Part shown: piece after piece, positions 48,273 to 55,710 of the stretch | Layout: every line of letters starts with the position of its first letter | Position numbering within the stretch: the first letter of the stretch is position 1 | Source of the DNA: a virus | Taxonomy: Duplodnaviria > Caudoviricetes | Virus record (IMG/VR): IMGVR_UViG_3300037067_013150 | Span: 1 to 64,000 of that record | Length of the DNA stretch: 64,000 bases | Reading direction: 5' to 3' (one strand) | Program-made: the position numbers and the translations under genes | The notes under the pieces: generated by a model | Told to the model about the DNA's origin: nothing | The model's input: only the letters and a program-made list of their open reading frames with translations | Database searches by the model: none

Positions 48273-48647
48273 TTAAACAATTAACTTCTTCTTCAAAACC
48301 CTACTTGCATATCTCCTTAATTGCTTAACAATAAGATCAGCATACTTTTGAGCCTCTTTTTTATTAGTCGCTCTACAAAAATTAACATAGTTACTTAATT
48401 CACTACAACATGAAGCTAAAGGACACTTATATATACACCAACATCTACCATTAAAAGATTTATCTCTGTCTTCTCTTTGTTTTAAATATTCACATAAAGG
48501 ACATAAACATCTCATATAATATATATAACTAATAACAGATCTATGCTTTACTTGAAGCTTACTCGTATATCCTTTGTCCCTTATATGTTCCCATAACCGT
48601 ATAGTTAATTCAACCGCTTCTATTAAACTTAATCTCTTATAATACAT
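48273..48647 (-). CDS. Cys-rich hypothetical protein (CPLC...CPL..C)
   Basis: GGAGG upstream. Confidence 0.75.
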   Translation of the reverse strand: MYYKRLSLIEAVELTIRLWEHIRDKGYTSKLQVKHRSVISYIYYMRCLCPLCEYLKQREDRDKSFNGRCWCIYKCPLASCCSELSNYVNFCRATNKKEAQKYADLIVKQLRRYASRVLKKKLIV

Positions 48648-48732
48648 TTATACCTCCTTTATTATTAATTTTTAAATACTATTAAAAAATAGCTGATATT
48701 AATAATAATATCAGCCTGATTTTAATTTTACT

Positions 48733-48966
48733 TTATACCTCATATTCTGACACAATTACCTTTTTCTTTTCTATTTTCTCTTCTTTTTTAATCTTACGCT
48801 TCTCTACAAAATCTTCTATTAATTTCTCCGCACTCTCTTTATCTATAAATCCTACAACTTCATAATCAGGACTGGCTACTAATTCTTTTGTTAATGTTAT
48901 CCATATCCCTAATACTTTTCTCTGGGCTGAATAATAACCATCCTTTTTTATTATCCTTACTTTCAT
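48733..48966 (-). CDS. Hypothetical phage protein (YSAQRKVLGIW)
   Basis: Co-directional ORF. Confidence 0.75.
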   Translation of the reverse strand: MKVRIIKKDGYYSAQRKVLGIWITLTKELVASPDYEVVGFIDKESAEKLIEDFVEKRKIKKEEKIEKKKVIVSEYEV

Positions 48967-49012
48967 TTCTTATACCTCTTATTATAATTAATTTTTAAAT
49001 CCCGACCGATTT

Positions 49013-49681
49013 TTAAAGATTGTTCCTCCTCAATACCCTCTGATTATAATCTTTATAATGATCATAATCCTCATCAGCTCTACCACTATTAATATAATCA
49101 TTCATTGCTTCTATCTCTGATATAGTTGGTTCTCTCTCCCTTTCCTCTGAAATATACTTCTCATATTCCTCTGCCATCTTCCTCTCTGTTTCATAATATT
49201 TATCCTGTCTCCTTATCTCTTCCCTTCCACATCTTTTAGAACATACATGATTAATCTCATACTCACCATTAACTTCATAACCCTTATTAGATGAATAGGC
49301 TTTGTTACATATACAACATGAATATACTTCAGATATATAATACTTACATATCTTCCCTATGTAATCTTCTATATCATCAATATACTTATTATTAATAATA
49401 TGATTAATCTTATTTATAATAAATAACTTATTTATTCCCTTATTAAATAACCATTTATTATAATATCTCTCATATCTATCCACTATATTATCATAATATC
49501 CTTCTGACATCTTTGCACCGCAATCCTCTATACTTGCTGTTTCACCTGGGTCCCAAAAAGTTTGACGAGATCCTTTAGATCTATAACCTATACTATGTTC
49601 ACAACTCCAACATGAATGTTTACCTTTGTATATTCTCTTATTATCCTTAAAAAACTTATTTATTTTATTAAAAAGTAACAT
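49013..49681 (-). CDS. Cys-rich hypothetical protein
   Basis: CWSC, CCIC, CSKRC; GGAGG upstream. Confidence 0.75.
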   Translation of the reverse strand: MLLFNKINKFFKDNKRIYKGKHSCWSCEHSIGYRSKGSRQTFWDPGETASIEDCGAKMSEGYYDNIVDRYERYYNKWLFNKGINKLFIINKINHIINNKYIDDIEDYIGKICKYYISEVYSCCICNKAYSSNKGYEVNGEYEINHVCSKRCGREEIRRQDKYYETERKMAEEYEKYISEEREREPTISEIEAMNDYINSGRADEDYDHYKDYNQRVLRRNNL

Positions 49682-49738
49682 TCTTTACCTCCTTTACTAT
49701 CTTTACTTTACTATCTTTAGATCTCTTACTACCTCCTT

Positions 49739-49930
49739 TCATTCTTTACTATTCATAAATTCTTCTATCTTGTCTATTAATGATACATCTTCTATTGGTT
49801 CTCCTTCTTCCAATATTAGTGTATTAGTATAAGATTGATTAACATTATATGTCCTTATTACAGAAAAATATCGTCCATCTAATTCAACACTAAATGTTGT
49901 TTGTTCTTGTTCTACATTTACACTATTCAT
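49739..49930 (-). CDS. Hypothetical protein
   Basis: GGAG upstream. Confidence 0.75.
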   Translation of the reverse strand: MNSVNVEQEQTTFSVELDGRYFSVIRTYNVNQSYTNTLILEEGEPIEDVSLIDKIEEFMNSKE

Positions 49931-50030
49931 TCTTTACTCCTTTTATTTAATTTTTATTAATTTTAATAATAAATTTAAATAAGTTATTAACATATGTTTA
50001 TAACTTGTTAATAACTTTGTTAATAAATTA

Positions 50031-50207
50031 TTATTTGTATCTTTTCCTAAACATACCAAATTTATGAGTAGCATAATATACATTATAATGCTCATCATAA
50101 TCTTCTATTACAACAGTAAACCAATCTATACTACCATACCACGGAGTCTTAAAACCAAATTGGATACATAAGGCTCGATTCCCTTTTAATGCTATCTTAA
50201 TTTCCAC
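50031..50207 (-). CDS. Small protein (58 aa, GTG start, not in track)
   Basis: AGGAGG + MEIKIALKGNRALCIQFGFKTPWYG... Confidence 0.65.
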   Translation of the reverse strand: MEIKIALKGNRALCIQFGFKTPWYGSIDWFTVVIEDYDEHYNVYYATHKFGMFRKRYK

Positions 50208-50373
50208 CTTTAATCCTCCTATTATTATTAAATTTATTAATTTAAACCGTTATTCATCTTCCCGATCTCTCCCATGATAAAAAATTCTGGATAATTATTA
50301 ATAATATAATTATTATAATTATATTATTAATAAAAAGCCCTTGCCTACATGACATAAGCAAGGGCATTGAAAT

Positions 50374-50432
50374 ACCGGTTTCTAAACCAGTATATTAAAC
50401 CGGTTTCTAAACCAGTATATTAAACCGGTTTC
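50374..50432. repeat. 25-bp tandem repeat (two units plus a partial)
   Basis: ACCGGTTTCTAAACCAGTATATTAA x2 + ACCGGTTTC, overlapping the stop of 50420-50773. Confidence 0.9.
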
Positions 50433-50773
50433 ACAAACGTAAATCTTTCTTGTGTGCTGTACACATAACCCTTTGCCTTAAGAAAATCATTATAAGGCTT
50501 TTTGAAATGTGTAGGAAGTTTCTCTGGCAGGAGTTCCTCATTGAAGAACACAGGTACTTTATTTTCATCATCCCATTTAGCACAAACTCTTTTGAGCATA
50601 TCTTCATCAGTAGGGATACGACGAACCCACTTATGATCTTCACTCATAAGAACCCATGCTTTAAGGTCCAGTTCTTCCTTTGCTCTTTCAGCTTTTTGAA
50701 GAGCTAAAGTAACAACTTCAAGCTGTTTTTTGTACCTTTTGATTTGTTCTTCTTGATACTGTTTACCATTCAT
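50420..50773 (-). CDS. Hypothetical early-type protein
   Basis: GGAG upstream. Confidence 0.8.
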   Translation of the reverse strand: MNGKQYQEEQIKRYKKQLEVVTLALQKAERAKEELDLKAWVLMSEDHKWVRRIPTDEDMLKRVCAKWDDENKVPVFFNEELLPEKLPTHFKKPYNDFLKAKGYVYSTQERFTFVKPV

Positions 50774-50874
50774 AATAAACTCCTTTTTAAATTATTATTT
50801 TTATTTAACAGTTTTAAAACTGTTAAGTAGTCCCTGAAAGGTTCGATTCTCCGTTTCAGGGCTAACTTAATAGC

Positions 50875-51111
50875 TTAAATCAAATGTCTTGCTTTAGCTA
50901 TAGAATAAGCAACAGCTAAAGGATCACCAAAGAATTTATCATCGTAATACTTTTTAGCTGTTTTCATACCAGCAATAACTTTTTGACCATTACCAAAACG
51001 AGCTATGACTGTATCATCTTTAGTACAATAATACAAATCATATCTTTTAGTTTTTAATTCAACTTGACCTAACAATAGACATTCTTTACATTCATTTTTA
51101 TACAGTGTCAT
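50875..51111 (-). CDS. Hypothetical protein (YDLYYC...VIARFG)
   Basis: GGAG upstream. Confidence 0.8.
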   Translation of the reverse strand: MTLYKNECKECLLLGQVELKTKRYDLYYCTKDDTVIARFGNGQKVIAGMKTAKKYYDDKFFGDPLAVAYSIAKARHLI

Positions 51112-51173
51112 TAATTACTCCTTTAATTAATAAATTTATGTAAGCCCTGTATATATACAAGGCAAACATAAAT

Positions 51174-51482
51174 TTACTTTACTTTATTACAAGCTACAAA
51201 GTAATCACCGGGAGATTTAACCTTGTAATTCCTGTGGAAACAAGCACTTCTACAATAACCAGAATTTACTTTAACAATGTCATTCATCCATTGTTCTTTT
51301 AAAGGGCAGTTAAAAACTGACCTTGAATCAATAATAATTATATTATTATCTTCAAAAATATAATTATTCTTTTTAAATTTTTGTTCATCCTTTGCACTAT
51401 TTCTTGCAGCTTTAGCAAAAGGAAATGAGAAAGCCATAACTAAAAGAATAGCCATAACTATAAAAAAGGCTATATGTTCCAT
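51174..51482 (-). CDS. Membrane-anchored hypothetical protein
   Basis: N-terminal TM; Cys-containing tail. Confidence 0.8.
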   Translation of the reverse strand: MEHIAFFIVMAILLVMAFSFPFAKAARNSAKDEQKFKKNNYIFEDNNIIIIDSRSVFNCPLKEQWMNDIVKVNSGYCRSACFHRNYKVKSPGDYFVACNKVK

Positions 51483-51564
51483 TAAGAACCTCCTTTTTAA
51501 ATATAAATAGTCTCAATAAAGCCCCCAGGCTTCATCAGGAAGCCCAGGGGGAGAGTTCAGACTA

Positions 51565-51960
51565 CTACTTGGCTACTTCAGCCTTTACAGGCTCTGCGGG
51601 GGCTGTGGTGGCTTGTACTTGCTTCTTGTACAGCTTGTACTCACCCTTCTTGCCCTCATAACCGAATGTTTTCAACTCGGCGTTATAGCCATAGACAGGA
51701 ATGGTCGGGCAGACTTCAGGAAGTTTATCCATGTTCGCCGTATTGTAGCGATTGGTTTCCCGATTGTATTTGATCATCGGGAGAGCCATATCTGCATCAT
51801 ACGGCTTTCTGCAGACCCATTTTTCGCTTCCCAGCGGGAGAATCCACATCTTTTCAGATGCAGATGCCTTTGCATTAATCGCTTTTTCAAAGCGAGTAAC
51901 TTGAGCCTTCATCTCTTCCCGCAGTTGCTCGATTGACATTCCCTTCAGTGACTTTTTCAT
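51565..51960 (-). CDS. Hypothetical protein, GC-rich
   Basis: GGAG upstream; hairpins on both sides. Confidence 0.8.
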   Translation of the reverse strand: MKKSLKGMSIEQLREEMKAQVTRFEKAINAKASASEKMWILPLGSEKWVCRKPYDADMALPMIKYNRETNRYNTANMDKLPEVCPTIPVYGYNAELKTFGYEGKKGEYKLYKKQVQATTAPAEPVKAEVAK

Positions 51961-52047
51961 ATTGAGTCTCCTTTTTGGTTTAATTTGGCCTGATTCACAG
52001 GCTTCTTATGCCTTATATAAAAATCTATATAAGGCTAAAGAAGATTG

Positions 52048-52179
52048 TTAATCTTTTAATACTGCACCATTAGGATCTATACGCACCATAAAATCATGGT
52101 GAGATTTTAATATAGATCTCGCATAGACTTTTTGAGCTTGTCTATCAATCATTAACGGCAATCCTGATTTATTAATCAT
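52048..52179 (-). CDS. Small protein (43 aa, not in track)
   Basis: AAGGAG + MINKSGLPLMIDRQAQK... Confidence 0.55.
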   Translation of the reverse strand: MINKSGLPLMIDRQAQKVYARSILKSHHDFMVRIDPNGAVLKD

Positions 52180-52359
52180 AGTTTTTACAGCTCCTTTAAT
52201 ACTACAGGTTTCAAAGTCTTTTTGCTAATAAGAATATGCTTATGAAACAAATTAATTGTATAAAACTCTTTAGTTTGCATATAAAAGCTCCTTTATTTTA
52301 ATTTAAATGCTTTTATATAGGCATCATAAACAGGATTATGATGCCCGATAAAAACACTA

Positions 52360-52704
52360 TTAGCGAAGCTCAAAATAACCGGTTTTATAATTACCGGTTT
52401 TTACCCAGGTATAGCCCAGATCGGCCAATGCCTGGGCCAGATATTGATTCATGCCCCATACCTTGATTTGCGGTATGCGGACGGGCAAAATTTCGGGTAT
52501 GCCGATAATTCCATGATAGGATTTATAGACTACGCCTCCAAAATTAAAGCTCCGGTCAGCGTGGTTGTATTTCCACGTTTCGGCCCGTTTTGTGACCTTT
52601 TCGGCCTGTTTTTTGGCGATTTCAGCGGATATTTCAGCCGACCGATTCGCCCAGAAGATCGCCTGCATTTCAGCGATTTGTTTAGACTCTTGAAGATTTT
52701 TCAT
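52360..52704 (-). CDS. Hypothetical protein, GC-rich
   Basis: GAGG upstream. Confidence 0.75.
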   Translation of the reverse strand: MKNLQESKQIAEMQAIFWANRSAEISAEIAKKQAEKVTKRAETWKYNHADRSFNFGGVVYKSYHGIIGIPEILPVRIPQIKVWGMNQYLAQALADLGYTWVKTGNYKTGYFELR

Positions 52705-52731
52705 AAAAACCTCACTTATTATTTTAATTTT

Positions 52732-52831
52732 AGTTCACTTTAAGTGAACTTGATACTATACGGGTGTATGGGTACTATACGCCTGTGCAGTATAAAGTTC
52801 ACTTGATACCATACGGGTGTATGGTATCAAG
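52732..52831. other. Nested inverted/direct repeat element (structured DNA or RNA)
   Basis: AGTTCACTT-t-AAGTGAACT; CTTGATACCATAC-gggt-GTATGGTATCAAG; ATACGGGTGTATGG x2. Confidence 0.7.
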
Positions 52832-52842
52832 CATTTTAGAAT

Positions 52843-52965
52843 TTAATTAAATATGTTTCTCGGTCTGACACGAATTGAACGTTTTTCGGATTCTGTTAAC
52901 AAGAATCCGTTAGAGTCTGTGACATAATACGGCTTAATACCGACATTTTGTGTTGATTTGTTCAT
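52843..52965 (-). CDS. Small protein (40 aa), first gene of the leftward block
   Basis: GGAGG + MNKSTQNVGIKPYYVTDSNG... Confidence 0.6.
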   Translation of the reverse strand: MNKSTQNVGIKPYYVTDSNGFLLTESEKRSIRVRPRNIFN

Positions 52966-52976
52966 GTTTCCTCCTG

Positions 52977-53661
52977 GCCTATTTTAAATAGGCAAAATTA
53001 AAGCCTATAATATATATTATAGGCTTTAAAAATGACACAATTTATATATATATGGGTTTTACTTTATATAGCTCATTTTTATTTTTGAGCATACCTTTCC
53101 ATATACAGGCGAAAGTATATTTCAATCCCATACAATTAAATTAAATTATGTCTATATCAAATATAGTCATATAAAAATTTATTATGCTATCCAACAAAAT
53201 AGCAATTTATATTTTCTATATAACTATATAGTAGTTATTAAAAAATTTGGCAGTCAGTTTTAAAGTTTAACTGTAACTATACTTATAAGATACTAAAAAA
53301 ATATTGCCTTGAGTGCTGAAATTAAAAATTTTTTAAAAAAAATTAAAATTAAAAAATCCATACAAATTAAAATACCGGTATATAAATTTGCATACCATAT
53401 ACCGTATACCAGTAATTTAGTATATACTAAAATACCGGTATACCTGACATGGGGTCATCGGTATGGCATACCGGTAACGGCAGCCAATGTTTACGCTACC
53501 AGAATAAAAATGAGATTAAAAAATTATTAATTTTTGATATGGGGTTCTATTTTTTAAAAATAAAAATTTTTTCTTGACTTTTTTAGAATAGTATATAGAT
53601 TTAATAATAATACAATAATAAAATAATAGTAAAATAATAATAAAATAATGGAGTAAAATAA
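52977..53661. other. Divergent non-coding switch region; candidate origin or genome end
   Basis: 32-bp perfect palindrome 52998-53029, three TACCGGTA palindromes (53373, 53433, 53469), AT-rich flanks. Confidence 0.5.
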
Positions 53662-54027
53662 ATGACATTAACAGAACGTAGATCAAGATTTGTATATAAC
53701 GGGGCAAGATTAGCAGCAGAAGCTGCAGAAGCACCGATTATACCAGTAATATGGGAAGAAAGGGAAGAATCATTTAAGAAACAATTTATGGAAGTAATAG
53801 ATCGTCAATGTGGAGATATGAGATCTAATTCACCAGAAGAATTACATGGTGGATGGATGCAAGCATATATAGCGATGGGTTGGAAATATGGGGAGGTATA
53901 TAGTAGGGAAGATAAGACACATCCTGATCTTGTACCATATTCTCAACTTGGTCAATTGGAGCGAGATAAGGATGCCGTGTTTGTAGCATTGTGTGAAATA
54001 GCGAGACAATGGATATATGAAGATTAA
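53662..54027 (+). CDS. RyR-domain protein
   Basis: H..WM......GWKYG......KTHPDLVPYSQL...ERDKD. Confidence 0.85.
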   Translation: MTLTERRSRFVYNGARLAAEAAEAPIIPVIWEEREESFKKQFMEVIDRQCGDMRSNSPEELHGGWMQAYIAMGWKYGEVYSREDKTHPDLVPYSQLGQLERDKDAVFVALCEIARQWIYED

Positions 54028-54038
54028 GGAGGGGTGAT

Positions 54039-54329
54039 GTGATTGAATGTGGATTAACCGATTGTTCTTATTATGATGCAAAAATGACCGCCAATTGTTC
54101 ACGTGGCCCTGATGGGTCACACGCCGAATGGTGCTGTACTCACAGATATTGCTATAAGTCTCCAATGTGTATCGATTACAAGCATCTCTACGACATCGAG
54201 CATCGCCGCAGGGTGGCGGCAGAGAAAACAATATTAGAGATGCGGAGTCTGTGGGCAAAAGACATAGATTTTGAAATGGGATACAATTATAAAAAATGGC
54301 AATCCATCATTAAGGAGGCAGGGGAATGA
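54039..54329 (+). CDS. Cys-rich hypothetical protein
   Basis: GGAGG upstream, GTG start. Confidence 0.7.
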   Translation: MIECGLTDCSYYDAKMTANCSRGPDGSHAEWCCTHRYCYKSPMCIDYKHLYDIEHRRRVAAEKTILEMRSLWAKDIDFEMGYNYKKWQSIIKEAGE

Positions 54330-54544
54330 AGTTTTGCAAAGATTGTAGGAATTTTTGCCGGTCTATAGATGGAGACTTAAAAACTGGATGGTGGTGTTTT
54401 ATTCCTATTGGATATGTGCGTACTGCGATAAGAATTGAAAAAGCCTATCGTAATTTTGACCCAACGAAGCGTAATGCAATGAATAATTGTGTTGATTATC
54501 ACCGTAAGTGGTGGAAATTTTGGATACGGGAAACAATGAAATAA
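54326..54544 (+). CDS. Cys-rich hypothetical protein (paralog of 61221-61460)
   Basis: FCKDCRNFC...WC...N..NNC.DY.RKWW. Confidence 0.75.
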   Translation: MKFCKDCRNFCRSIDGDLKTGWWCFIPIGYVRTAIRIEKAYRNFDPTKRNAMNNCVDYHRKWWKFWIRETMK

Positions 54545-54774
54545 AGGATAATAGATACTTAACAATGATGAGATAGATATATTAATAATTTTATTATAAA
54601 AAAAACATAAGGAAATGGATATAATACAATGAAAAATAATGGATTAAAGCCTATTAAATTACCTGGTTTAAGGATATTAACTAAGAAACAGTATTTTGCA
54701 TTGATTGCAAGGATTCAAGAATTAGAAAAAGAGGCTCATGATTTAGTTTATGAGCTTATTAAATGGAGATAAAG

Positions 54775-55221
54775 ATGAAAAGATTTTTATTTAGTTTTTT
54801 TATATTATGTGGATTAGTATCATGTGCTACAGATGAATATTATGTACCATATAAATATACACAAGAATTAAATGCTCAAATATGGGTTAAAGAAAATGGG
54901 GATAGTATTTTAAGGGAGTATGATCTAGTTGAAAACAGAAAAGAGTATATCTCTAATTCTTTTATCATAGAAAATCCTTCTCCAACCGGTTATCTTAAGT
55001 ATGAAATATCTTTTGATCATAATATGGTTACACTAGATCCAGAAGCAAATCTTTCTGATTCTACTGATCCATATACTTCTAAAGAATTTACTATAAGTTC
55101 ATATGGATGTAGTTATAGACTTGGTAGTGTATGTATTACTGAATATCAATCTGTAGAAGTTACTGTTAAATTTGGTCCTACATTAGATTTTAAGAAGACA
55201 TTTATTTTAAGAAGGAGTTAA
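54775..55221 (+). CDS. Lipoprotein
   Basis: MKRFLFSFFILCGLVSC after GGAG. Confidence 0.8.
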   Translation: MKRFLFSFFILCGLVSCATDEYYVPYKYTQELNAQIWVKENGDSILREYDLVENRKEYISNSFIIENPSPTGYLKYEISFDHNMVTLDPEANLSDSTDPYTSKEFTISSYGCSYRLGSVCITEYQSVEVTVKFGPTLDFKKTFILRRS

Positions 55222-55230
55222 TATATAGAT

Positions 55231-55692
55231 ATGAAAGAAGAATTTAAGAAATTAGATAATCAAGAACTATTTCATATTGGTATAGAAGCAGCTAAAGTAG
55301 AATTTATACATCGTCTTTATCGAGAATTAGTAGAATTAGGATATTTTGATAGGGAACTTATATTAAGTCTACTTTGGGAATGCTATTTTAGTATTTGTAG
55401 CCCAATAGAACAGACACTATACACTTTTTATAGATACAGCAAAGCCAGAAAAAGTGAGAAGTGGAAACACGTATGTCAACATGATTGGGAAGCATATAAA
55501 AATCAAAAGAAATATTCAAGAAAATCAAAAGAAGATATGATAAAAGAATTTGCTTATGTTCTTGACATACCGGAAAAATATGCTATGCCATCTAAATTTT
55601 TTCAGATTAGATTTAGAATAAAAAGAAGTTTTAAAAAGAGTATTAAAAAAGTTATTAACTATGTTAAATCTAAAAGGGGTATAAGAGATTAA
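55231..55692 (+). CDS. Hypothetical protein
   Basis: Packed co-directional ORF. Confidence 0.75.
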   Translation: MKEEFKKLDNQELFHIGIEAAKVEFIHRLYRELVELGYFDRELILSLLWECYFSICSPIEQTLYTFYRYSKARKSEKWKHVCQHDWEAYKNQKKYSRKSKEDMIKEFAYVLDIPEKYAMPSKFFQIRFRIKRSFKKSIKKVINYVKSKRGIRD

Positions 55693-55710
55693 GAGACTCT
55701 TTAAATGATA

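Larger units (their letters stand above)
1793..50852 (+). repeat. Dispersed strand-polarised motif GG-N-TCGA-N-T-Y-Y (about 20 copies)
   Basis: Copies read at 1793, 2672, 8245, 12947, 15704, 17352, 19381, 20611, 23873, 28505, 31831, 36179, 38418, 40809, 42445, 44580, 46631, 48259 (GT-G variant), 50172, 50840. Confidence 0.85.

Noticed and set aside
50374-50432. CRISPR mini-array
   Set aside because: Units are directly adjacent with no spacers, and no cas genes are present
1793-50852. tRNA genes at the GGTTCGA(A/T)TCC hits
   Set aside because: At the hits I inspected there is no acceptor stem, D-arm or anticodon arm, and most copies lie inside protein-coding genes. tRNAscan-SE/ARAGORN would confirm.
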